From positions 312,232,001-312,296,000 of the forward strand of contig OZ024740.1 of NCBI GenBank assembly GCA_964016885.1: a stretch of DNA of 64,000 bases. Reading direction: 5' to 3'. How positions within the stretch are numbered: the stretch's first letter is position 1; every line of letters begins with the position of its first letter. Below, piece by piece: positions 52,611 through 64,000 of this stretch. The position numbers were made by a program, and so were the translations under genes. The notes under the pieces were generated by a model. That model did no database searches and was not told where the DNA came from. It saw only the letters and a list, made by a program, of their open reading frames with translations. Origin of the DNA: Eledone cirrhosa (lineage: Eukaryota).

Positions 52611-55170
52611 ATATAGAAATTTATATGACAATACAACTCTAAAAATGTTTAAATTAATATAATTATGCCAATTCAAAGTAAGAGGTTATTTAAATTTATG
52701 TGGTTGTTAAAATATATTGCTACTACAAGTAACAATATGGTGTGTAAGGCTTCATATCCAATTAGAAAGTGTGGAAATATTCATGCTTGCTGATTTTTGT
52801 TAACTGTGTATGTGTGCATGTACATATGCAACCAGCAAGGGCTGAATTCCTCACAGTTCATCATCATCATCATTTGATGTTTGCTTTCCTAGCTGGCTTA
52901 GGTTGGAGGAGTTATCATGATCTGAGTTCGTTCTAATTCAGAATTACTGACCTTCTAAACAGACCATTAGATCATATCCTGCTTCAAATGTTCCATTTTT
53001 GATATGATTTCTTTGGCTGGATGCTTTTACCAACACCAACCATCTTACAGAGTGTATACTGTGTGTATTTTATCTTGGCACTAGCATTAGAGGAGTTATG
53101 TCCTTGACAAGATTAAAGGGAATATATTAATGTTATGTCATCTCTGTTTGCTCACCACCTTACAGATTGTACTGGTTGCATTTTATTGACACCAATACAG
53201 GTGAGTTTGTTTTATATCATGCAAGACTAAGAATTACTCCTAATCAACACTTTTTCTGTTAATTTTTTGGGAGTGGTGGTGGTAGTGGGGGAATTGGGAT
53301 AAACAGTGACAAAATATCCAGGCTGAGTGGGTCAAAGGAGCAAGAGTATCATGGAAAGATATAGGTGTTACTGCAAAGAGAGTTGCAGTGCTCTGAATAA
53401 TGGAAAAGGGAGCAGGTGTAAGATAGGAGAGAGTGTTGAGGAAAGAAGTAATGACAGAGATAGTGGTGACACCTGTATTTGCTGATAAAGGGAACTGAAA
53501 AAATGTGATAGCTGATTATAGCCTCCCATGGGGAGAGAGAGTAAAGTGTCAATACACATTTGTTGCAGCTAATCCAAGGTTTCTTGACAAAAAAAGGCAT
53601 TTTGCTCATTCACCAGGCTCCCTATTCTCTAGCATGTTATGTTTGGGGTCAAGTCATTGAACTTCAATTTTTCATATTACGAAATTACTCTCATATCTAT
53701 TGTAAATGATAGCTTCAGTAGTTTTATGAGCTGTTTCTTTGCTAATTTATTTCAATCTTTCCACAAGCACCGAGTAATTGTTTTTACAGCTCACTGCTTG
53801 CTTAACTACTCTGTCAATATGAGAAAACTACTCATACAAACTTTAGTTGATATTTATTTATTTATTTGCTTTAACAATGACAATTCAATGGCTGTATAGT
53901 AAGATAAGTAATGGACTTTTATTTAGTAGTCCTATGTAAATTATATGAGTTTCAGTATTTTATATTTAGGTGCCCAATATAATAGTGTGTCTTTTACCTC
54001 CCACCCCTTGTGTGACAAACATATGCAGGTACATTTTAGTTTAGTTTGTGAAGCTCAGTTTCATTTTATTTTATTTTAAGATTTTTTTGATAACTGCATA
54101 AATTAGCATGTAACCCTAGCTTGGGCAGTAAAATACCAACAACAGCACTAGCACTAAAAAAAACTTTAAAAATATATGATAATTAACACTAGACATTGCA
54201 TAAAAACAAGTTTAGCAACTATTAGAAATACTTTTTAGTATATCTGATCTTCTGGTTATTATCTTTTTAGCAACATTTAAGTTTGTTTTTATGAAATGAC
54301 ATAATGTTAGATAATATAATGTTCTCTTAGCAACGGTGAATAGTAAGACAGATACTTATATTAGGGGTGGTAATTAGTAAGCACTTTTTGTTTAGTAGCA
54401 TTAAATAGTTAAACAAATTTCATGAATAAATATACTGCTAGTTTATCTATGTGAACTTTACAGATGCATTTAAAAGAATATCTTGATAACAGATCTAAGT
54501 ATCAAGTCATGTGCATATTAGTATGTAATGCAACGACTGTAGTAGGAAGTAATTCATAATATATGTGGTTATATACATGCCTCACCCTTATATATATATA
54601 TATATCATCATCGTTTTTACATCTGTTTTTCCACGCATGCATATATAAATCGTATTAAGAGTTTGTTTATATGTCTAGTGGGGATTTCTTCTTATCTACT
54701 AAAGTGGCCTGTTTCTTTCATGGTTGTCACATCTTAATCTCTTCTCCCATACAAATGCAAGCATGTGTACTCCATATTTGATAAGCTTGAGTTAATTTTT
54801 AAATAAATATATTCCAAAAGGCACTTTAAAAAATTATGGCTATAATATTTTTAGTATTTTTAAAGAATGGTGCTTTTTTTCTTTGCTCTTTGTAATTTTT
54901 ATATGCTGGTTATTTCAGTTCCCTCTTTATTTTTTCTCCTTTTCAGTTAATTGATAGTTTATTATTTTAAGTAGATATGAGATTCATTTGAATCATTTTT
55001 GAAAGGTAGAGTGAATGGACTTGAGAAGCATGCCTCCTACTACCTTTGTCACAATTTCCAATCTGATTTCTTTTATGGGCCACAAGGGTCCAATATAATA
55101 CTACCACTTCTTGAAACTTGTTTTTGAGACAATCAAGTATGAATAAAGGCAACAACAAATATTATTTAAT

Positions 55171-58100
55171 GTGTTAGGAAGGGCATCCAACCAGTGTAGT
55201 GTTAGGAAGGGCATCCAACCAGTGTATCAATGCCAAAACGCTTATCAGCACAGCAACAAATAGGAACAACAAAATATGAAGACGTCGCATCTCAGAGTTG
55301 CAACACTTAATGTTGGCACTCTCAGAGGTAGATCTGCTGAAATAGCGGAGATGCTGGAGAGAAGGCATGTGGATGTGTGCTGCGTGCAAGAGGTGAGATG
55401 GAGAGGTGCCTCTGCGAGACTAGTTGTAGGCAAACGTCTTAGCTATAAGCTATTCTGGGTAGGTAAGGATGATGGGTTAGGGGGAGTAGGCATTTTCCTG
55501 GCTGAGAAATGGATCAATAAGACAATAGAGGTAGTTCGAGTTAGTAATCGAATAATTAAGCTTAGATTAGTTGTAGGCAGGAGACTACTGACAATCATCT
55601 CTGCCTATGCTCCCCAAGCAGGCCTAGGCAAAGATGAGAAAGACTGCTTTTACGAGCAACTTTTACAAACTACCGCAATGACAGAGGATGGAGACATCGT
55701 TATGCTAGCAGGAGACTTCAATGGTCATGTTGGACAGCTCCAGGATGGTTACACTGGGGTACATGGTGGGCACGGTTACGGCTCAAGAAATGAAGGAGTG
55801 AGACTTCTTGAATTTTGTGATGCGGGTACATTGACTATTTGCAACACAAACTTCCAGAAACCTGCCAATCACCTAATAACCTACAAATCTGGTGAGCACA
55901 TAAGCCAGATTGACTTCTTACTAGTTAGGCAGCGGGACAGGCAGATAGTGTCTAATACCAAGGCATACCCTGGGGAAGAATGTACCCACAGCATAGGTTA
56001 GTCGTTAGTGATATCTCAGTAAGCAAGAGATGGAATGAGACATACAGGAAGGTGTGGAGAAGAAAGGTCTGGAAGCTAAAAGACCTTTCACTAAAATACA
56101 AATTTAGGAAAGCCCTTCAAGATGTATATGACGAAAAAGAAGACAATTTAGAGACGTATGACATAGATAATAACTGGAATTTCTTACGTGACAACTTGCT
56201 GCAGGCTACTGATGAAACTTGTGGCTGGAGCAGAGCTCCAACCAGACAGAGAGTGACCTGGTGGTGGAACAGCACAGTAGATAAGTCCATTAGAGACAAA
56301 ATACTAGCATGGAAGGCTTGGAAAAAGGGTGGGAGTAGGGAAGAATATACAGCCACTAAGAGAGAAGCTAGACGTCAGGTCTACTTAGCACGCAGGGAAG
56401 CGTAGAGTAGGAGGTTTGCCAATGTTCTGCGACGGGAAGATCAGAGGTGTGCGGTGTTCCACATTGCAAGGCAGTGTGTCAATGCAAATCAGGATGTTGT
56501 TGGAGATAAATGTGTCCGGGATGATGCCGGTGTACTTAGTGTCACGAATGATCAGAAAAAGGAGGCCTGGAAATGTCATTATGAGAGACTGATGAATGTG
56601 GAGAACGAATGGGAGAGAGAGAAATTACCCTTAGTAGATCCGACAGAGGGACCAGCTATTGAGATTGACGAATATAGGGTCCAAGAGGCGATTAAGGAAA
56701 TGAAAAATGGTAAGGCTGCTGGACCATCGGGAATAGTTGCTGAGATGCTGAAGGCATCAGGGGATGTAGGCACTAAACTGGTTGCACGCATCATCAATCA
56801 GGTTATATATGGCGGTGTCATGCCCAAAGACTGGTGCAGCAGTATTCTCATAAATTGCTACAAAGGTAAAGGGGATGCTCTGGAGAGGAGCAATTATAGG
56901 GGTATAAAACTGATGGATCAGGTTATGAAAGTGGCAGAAAGGATATTAGCACAACTAATTAGAGAAAGGGTCAAACTGGATGAGATGCAGTTTGGTTTTG
57001 TGCCTGGGAAGAGTACAACAGATGCCCTCTTCTTGGTGAGACAATTGCAAGAGAGGTTCTTAGAGAAAAATAAGCCACTATACTTAGCCTTTGTTGACCT
57101 AGAGAAGGCCTTTGATAGGGTACCCCGATCTATCATCTGGTGGTCCCTAAGGAAGCTAGGTGTTGAGGAATGGCTTGTGAGGACAGTGCAAACTTTATAC
57201 AGAGGTACTCTCAGTAAAGTCAGGGTAGGAATGGAGTTTAGTGAGGAATTCCAGATACAAGTAGGAGTACATCAAGGTTCGGTCCTCAGCCTGCTCTTGT
57301 TCATTATAGTCCTCCAAGCCATAACAGAGGAGTTTAAGACTGGCTGTCCATGGGAACTTCTCTATGCTGACGATCTGGTTCTTATAGCAGAATCAGTAGA
57401 GGAGCTAGAGAATAAATTCTGGCTATGGAAACAGCAGTTGGAAGCAAGAGGACTGAGAGTGAATCTAGCTAAGACAAAAGTGTTGATGAGTAGAAAAGAG
57501 GACAAAACTCTGATTCCGTCAGGGAAATGGCCATGTTCGATATGCAGAAAAGGAACTGGCATAAATTCTATAAAATGCACACAATGCAGATCCTGGGTAT
57601 ACAAGAGATGTAGCGGGATAGCAGGCAAACTAACAGGTAGGGAGAAATATGTATGCAGTAGATGTACAGGGAAATTAGACAGTAGAAGTCGCATTGATAG
57701 ACATATTTTTCAAATGCAGGAGGCGCTATAGAAGTGGTGGATAGCTTTCGGTACCTAGGAGATCAGATTAGCACGGGAGGAGGGTGTTCCGAGGCCATAG
57801 TATCTAGAATGACGGGTTGGAAGAAGTTTAGGGAGCTGCGACCTCTGTTGACGATGAAGGGTTTCTCCCGGCGTACGAAAGGCCGGTTGTATGATGCCTG
57901 TGTGAGGAGCGCGATGCTGCATGGTAGTGAGACATGGGCAGCAACTGCAGAGGATATGCGACGGCTGGAGAGAAATGAGGCAAGCATGCTCCGTTGGATG
58001 TGCAGTGTAAATGTGCATGAACGACCCAGCATAAATGTGTTGAGAGAGAAACTGTGTCTGAGGGGGATAGAATGTAGTGTACGGGAGAGGAGACTGAGGT

Positions 58101-58348
58101 GGTATGGACATGTGATGCACATGGAGGATGACCGATCAGTGAAGAAGTGCCACGAAATGCCAGTTGAAGGAAGACGTGGTAGAGGTAGACCACGAAAAAC
58201 ATGGGCGGAGGTGGTGAGAACAGACCTCAGATCATTGAAGCTCACGGTGGAGATGACGAAGGACCGTGACGAGTGGAGAGATTCTGTGCTGAATAAAACC
58301 CGTCCCACCCTTGCAAGCAGGGAAAAGCAGACGTAAAATGATGATGAT
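55171..58348 (+). mobile_element. Near full-length RTE LINE (APE endonuclease + RT with PHD-like finger), inactivated
   Basis: ATG at 55276. APE motifs TLNVG, VQE.RW, AYAPQ, GDFNGH and QIDF. RT motifs NYRGIKL, QFGF, DLEKAFD, GVHQGS and YADD, then RLRWYGHV. Broken by frameshifts (~55985, ~57705) and a stop (56403). (GAT)n tail. Confidence 0.97.
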
Positions 58349-58507
58349 ATGAATATATGAGGTCAACATAAATTCAGATGATGGAATAGATTTTTAAAAT
58401 AATTTAACAAATACTGTAATAATATAGTAAAAAAGGGGAGGAAAGGAATTTATTGAACTTATTGTCAAATATTGTACATCATCAGAGGTAATAAAAATGA
58501 TACAAAA

Positions 58508-59620
58508 TTATCTGGTGGTCCTTAGGGAAATTAGGTGTAGAAGAATGGCCTGGGAGAGCAGTGCAAGCTATGTACAGAAGAGCTGTCAGTAATGTGAGAG
58601 TAGGAAGTGAGTTTAGTGAGGAATTCAAGGTACAGGTAGGAGTTCATCAAGGTTTGGTTCTTAACCCACTGCTATTCATCATAGTTCTCCAGGCCATAAC
58701 AGAGGAGTTTAAGACTGGCTGCCCATGAGAACGTCTCTATGCAGATGATTTGGTCCTTATAGCTGAATCCATAATTTCTGACAATGGAAACAGAATTTGG
58801 AATCAGTGTCTGAGAGTAAACTTAGCCAAAACTAAAATACTAGTAACTAGGAAAGAAGATAGGACTCTGATACCCTCAGTGAAATGACCCTGCTCAATAT
58901 GTAGAAAAGAAGTAAGCATAAGTTCTATACAATGTAAATCCTGAGTACACAAGAAATGTAGTGAGATAACAAGTAGACTAACAGAAAGGGAAGAATTTGT
59001 AGAAGATGCATAGGGGAAATTGAGAAGAATAGCATCAGTGATATAAACCTTTTTCATCACAGGAAGGATCCATAGAAGTGGTTGATAGGCTCTGCTATCT
59101 AGGTGACTTAATTAGAAGCAGATGAGGGTGCTCTGAGAGCATAATAGCTAGAATAAGGCTAGGACGGAAGAATTTTAGAGAGCTACACCCACTGTTGACA
59201 ACAAAAGGGTGACTGTGTGTGAAGTGTGATGCCACATGGTAGTGAAACATGGTCTGTGACTGCAGAAGACATGCATGGGGAGAAATGAAGCAGCCATGCT
59301 TTGTTGGATGAGCTGAGGTAGAAACTGGGTTTAAGAAGAATCCGAAGTGGTGTGGAAGAGATAGACTGCATTAGTACAGGCATGTGATGCATATGGATGA
59401 TAGTTGCTGGGTGAAGAGGTGCCAGGAGATCCCAGTGAAGGGAAGCTGCACTAGAGGTAGACCAAGAAAGACCTGGGAAGAGGTGGTGAGAACTAATTCA
59501 AATTGCTGAGATTCACAGAAGAGATAAAAGAACATGGCGAGTGGAGAGATGCTGTGATGAGAAGGACCCACTCAACCCATGCAAGTGAGGAAAAAGGGAC
59601 ATAAAAACGTTGATGATGAT
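58508..59620 (+). mobile_element. RTE LINE 3' third, degenerate
   Basis: Homologous to 57135-58348 with many stops. Ends aaaacgttgatgatgat. Confidence 0.9.
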
Positions 59621-59687
59621 TATATATTTGCTTCGGCCCTGTCCGTCTCAATCTTTCTATTTCCTTTTTAATTTCTCGTTCTATTTT

Positions 59688-59720
59688 CTGATGAAAGACT
59701 AGTGTCCGAAACATTAAGAC
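59688..59720 (+). ncRNA. Minimal hammerhead-like motif (Penelope-type)
   Basis: CTGATGA-AA-GAC-TAGT-GTC-C-GAAAC-ATTAAG. Both catalytic boxes are intact but the stems carry substitutions. Confidence 0.5.
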
Positions 59721-60196
59721 TCTTTTCTTCCTATATCAATCGTACAACTAATAATATATTTTTTTCATTGTACTGTGTCATTTACTTTGTTATTTCTGTT
59801 TGCCTTTTTCATTCATAAACACGCACGCACACGCTCACACACATATATATAATCACTTTTACACCCACTTTACTATGCAGGCATGTATTGGATGGAAAGG
59901 TTTGGGACACTGTGTTATAGCCAGATGCCCTTCCTGGTGCAGTTTTAGCTGCCTCTTAAGCCATGCAAGGATATAGTGTACCTATTTTAAAAATCATGAC
60001 TGAAAATGGGTAAAAGAATATTTAAATTTTGTTTATATGGGTGTAATGTTTGTATTACATGATTTGTAAGACCTTTTATTTCTCCAACTAAAAACTAAAT
60101 AAATCTGGTCATAACCATGTATTTGGTTAAAGACTGAGTGGAGAAGATGAAAGTTATTTCTTGAAAATTAATCATTTTTTTCTATTTCTTTTACAG

Positions 60197-60284
60197 GGGA
60201 AGGTTTTTGTATTCGACAAGGTTTTGAAGCCTAATGTATCACAAGAATATGTGTACAATGTTGGTGCTAAACCCATTGTTGCTG
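60197..60284 (+). CDS. Khc: Kinesin-1 heavy chain, coding exon 2 (88 nt)
   Basis: Polypyrimidine tract plus TTACAG acceptor, then GKVFVFDKVLKPNVSQEYVYNVGAKPIVA(D) in frame with exon 1. GTAAGT donor at 60285 (phase 1). The gene continues beyond the window. Confidence 0.97.
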
Positions 60285-60519
60285 GTAAGTAAAATTTATA
60301 AACTTTTAAATGAATATGTTTGGTTTTAAATGATGTCTAGGCCTACACTTTTTGTTTTTGTTTTTGTTCAATGCACCTTTATTAAAGTCTTGAACTGCTT
60401 TTTGTGCAAGCCTGCTTTGCTCAGAAGGGCATAAAATAATGTCCAAGATATAGTTTTAGCAGATATTTTCACAAAATTCTGTTCAGCATGAAATTCTTTA
60501 GCTGTTTTTGACAAAAAGA

Positions 60520-60900
60520 AAGATGAAACCCATAATGGGCTACTGCTTTCACATTTTGGACAATGCTGCTTCTGCATATAGCCATCCAAGACTAGATCCA
60601 GAGAAAACCCACTTGACTAATTGGCATAAAGTCACTCACAGAAACCCTTCATTCAGGCACTCCCAACTCACTTGTGTTTCTTCCTCTCGTCATCTATGTT
60701 GTGTCCAACACCCCAGACCACACTCTAACCACTCTGCACTGTCCTTCCTTCTCAGATCCTCAGCTCTTTGGATTTTCTCCCTGCTCCTCTCTTTCCTACA
60801 GGAGTTGATTTATGATAGTTTAAGTAGAATATCAATGGCATTAATTTCTCTGGCCTTGGAAGGCTTCTGAAGGTAATGGACATTGTTTTTTTTTTCTCCA
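60520..60900 (+). mobile_element. Highly degenerate CR1/L2-group LINE C-terminal fragment
   Basis: KPIMGYCFHI..NA...LD.IQ.K resembles the P.MEYCSHIW...LD.IQ motif. Confidence 0.35.
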
Positions 60901-60908
60901 GACTTACT

Positions 60909-61103
60909 AAATAATTGTTTCTACTTTTGGCACAAGGCCAGCAATTACCCAGTGTATTACTGGTACTTTATTTTATCGACCCCGTAAGGATGAAAGGCAA
61001 AGTTAACCTCGGCGGGATTTGAACTCAGAATGGCAAGGGCCGTAACTCTATGCGTCAAAGCATGGCGTCCGACCCTCTACTGATACTACCAATCCATCGC
61101 CCT
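60909..61103 (-). mobile_element. SINE family A (full length, young) in kinesin intron 2
   Basis: Complete head-to-tail copy. agacttactaaataat is duplicated on both flanks (TSD). Confidence 0.95.
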
Positions 61104-61684
61104 TAGACTTACTAAATAATAAAAAAGTAAAATACTTCAGAACAGTATTATGAGATATGAGTGTCAATGCAGGAGCAGAAGAAAAATTTGTATGATATAA
61201 TAAATTGGTTGACCAGTGTTGTCATTATTATGCAGCCTCTTTTTTCCTATGCAAGCATCCTACAATCTGATTCTTGATGAATAGAGAGAAACATTTTATT
61301 GCCAACAGTGGTAAAATTCTGAATTTCTATCACTTTCTTATTTGAGCTACTATACTTTCATTAGAACCACCTTAAGGTCTTATTAGATCACCTAGATAAA
61401 CTATATAGCTAACCATTTAGGCAGATCATAGACTCATTTTGTGGCTTTCTTTACTACTAACCACTCTTATATTCTAATTCCTCTGGGTTTCTTGTTAGTC
61501 TGCCAGAGACCCCACATCTTTTGTGTTCCCATTACTTGCACTGATTGCACAATATTGAGTTTATAGCTACTCCATATTGAGGGAAATTTTTGGATTTTCT
61601 GTTTTTTTAAATTAATTACTAATTTGCATGTATATATGGACTTGCAACTTTTTGTGGAGTTGTAGTGTCACCATACTGACATGA

Positions 61685-61970
61685 TGCTTCTTGGGTATTT
61701 AAAACCTAGTGGTGCCCATCCCTCTCCAGGTCTGAACGCAGCTAATTTCTTCCAGAAAAGGAGAGTGGCAGAGAGGAGGTGAGAAAGATATTTAGAGGAA
61801 GAATCAACCCCAGTACTGGACTGATACTTTTTTTTAAATTATCTGTCTGTAAATGAGGATGAAAGGCAAAGTTGTTATCAATGGGATTTGAACTTAGAAC
61901 ACAGAGAGCTGGAATGAACACTGCAAAGTATTCTATCCGATGTTCTCACAATTATGCCAATTCGCCATCT
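61685..61970 (-). mobile_element. SINE family A variant with the alternative tail
   Basis: gaaaggcaaagtt...ggatttgaact body plus cccatccctctccaggtctgaac tail. Confidence 0.6.
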
Positions 61971-64000
61971 TTTGATCTTTGTCATATTGACTCTTTTTGC
62001 TTTTAGAGTTTAGACCATTTTCCCATAGTTAGAAACATTTCTATAGTTCTTCAATCTATACCGCAGTGATCCTGATGGATTTGCAGTGTTCCTTGTGTTC
62101 ATGACCTTAATTTTTTTATGGATCATACTTGAACTAATGTCTAATTGGTGCTTCTATTGGTTCCACTTGAAGTAGGTCTTTTACTGACCTATTTATGTTA
62201 CTTGCTCAAACACTTTCATACCTCTTTTTTTCACTTACTATGCCAGTGTTGTTTCAAATACACTTTTCTTTGACATACTGGTTCATACAAACTACTCAGC
62301 TAATGATTGTTGGAAATACTTGTGATAAAACACCATCCAGTTAATCATACAGTACAAAATATTAAGTACATGTTTCAATTAATTTTTTAAATTGAGAATT
62401 TAGAGAGATTTAGTAGAATAATCAACTTTGTAGTATTAAATTGGAACATCATGTTCATAATTAAGCTTGGAACATAACAAAAGGCTGTCATGTGAAAATA
62501 TAGTGGAAGGTTTTAATATGAATATGAATACTTTAAAACTGGAGGTTTTGTATCATACAAATGGAGGCAGGTTGGTACTAAATCAATTAACCAGACTGAT
62601 ATTTCTCATGTTAGCTCTGAACAATTAAGGATTGTCAGTTAACATATTCCTTTAGTTGTAATTAAGCAAATCATATGTTCTTGATAAACCTCAAATAAAT
62701 ATAACAGTTTTGAAACTTATTTGTTACATCTTAACAAGAAAGCTATGGGATAGGTTGAATGTTCAGATAAAATTACGAAGTATGTTTCAATATGAATGGT
62801 TCATTAACCAAATCTATTGAAAATATGTATATTCCCACTTCATTGTTGAGTGGTTGGTGCTAATTAAGAAATATAGTGCAAACTTAACTTCAAAGATATG
62901 ACTTCATTCACATCCCACCTACAAAGCAAGCCACGTTAATAATGGGTGAGATATTTACATATCATTAGTTATAGTACTAAAAGTGTACTTGTTGCATTGC
63001 GCTATTACACTACTTATAGGTATAAATGATAGCGTTTAATGTTTAATGAGCTTTAACATTCATTTGGCTTTGAGGCCAAAATGACTCTAGCATTAGCTAT
63101 ATATATATTGGAAAATGTGTGAAATCTTTTGTCACTGACAAATGTGAGAACATTCTCCAGGAGAGTTAACCAGAAATTAAAAAAAAAAACTCCCCATTGA
63201 AGTTATCAAAGAACTTACTAGATCTACAAAACAAAATTGTAAAATTTTATTATTATAAAATTAAATTGTTTCGAACTACAAGTAGTCATTGTTTTCCTTT
63301 TTTAAACACACATGCACACACACATTTAAAAACAGAATGCCAGACTGGAAACATTCTTTAAAATTTTAATTTTGGAAAACACTATACGTATTTCAACGGC
63401 CCGATTTCATTGGTAAACAACACAACATAAATAGTATTTATATATCCTTGATTTTAGAATAGATACACTGTTTCCCTGCATGTCACAGGAGGAACCTAAA
63501 TGGATTAGTGTCAGAAAAGTAAAACGGATATAAAAGCGATATCTCTATAGTTGGGTAAACATTCAAGTGATAGAGAGAACTCAATAGCTGTGGAAAAGTT
63601 CAAGTGATTTAAAGTACTGTATAAAGACCACCACATATATATGTGGGAGGGGGGGGGGGTCGGGTAGTTTCAGATTGGTTGGGTGCCATAGCTGCTCTTA
63701 GTTATCCATAAAAACAATTATTTTAAAATCCTACTTTTTTACTTGTTATCCACACTACATATTCACACATTCTTTCCTCATTGTAGCATAGTTATAAATC
63801 TTTTATGGGTCATAGTTATATACTAGCTTGTACACTTAATTAAGAGATATAATACAGTGCTGGGAGATAGCTGACAACTACAGCATAGGAAAAAGAGCAG
63901 ATTTAGAAACTGACTGAAGAAAGAAGAGCTCCACAGAAAGTATGTTTGTTCCTTATCAGGTGACTCAGCTACTAGCTAGCTACACTTGTGGTCAATACAG

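Noticed and set aside
60285-64000. Kinesin exon 3 (expected DVLxGYNGTIFAYGQTSSGKT)
   Set aside because: Not found in the remaining sequence, so it presumably lies beyond the window.

Overview
AT-rich, repeat-dense animal genomic DNA, almost certainly from a coleoid cephalopod (octopus-like). There is no prokaryotic content. The one confidently identified host gene is kinesin-1 heavy chain on the + strand, which the ORF track misses. Coding exon 1 is at 30105-30230 and exon 2 at 60197-60284, separated by a ~30-kb first intron. A CpG-enriched, probably bidirectional promoter lies at ~29.1-30.1 kb, and there are weak candidate exons of a divergent minus-strand gene. The rest is a transposon landscape: several RTE-clade LINEs (one near full length; all carry a PHD-type zinc finger inside the RT region), a decayed Gypsy LTR element, a CR1-type LINE nested in a Tigger/pogo fossil, a hAT fossil, a DD37D (maT) Tc1/mariner derivative, a Merlin fossil, piggyBac-type and palindromic MITEs, more than a dozen tRNA-derived SINE copies, Penelope-type minimal hammerhead motifs, a 64-bp array with 3-unit higher-order structure, and a ~2-kb purine/pyrimidine-alternating TA microsatellite just after kinesin exon 1. 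Most long ORFs in the track are microsatellite or antisense artefacts. The most testable idea is that inverted SINEs and the TA array give the kinesin pre-mRNA long dsRNA structures that could act as ADAR or back-splicing substrates.
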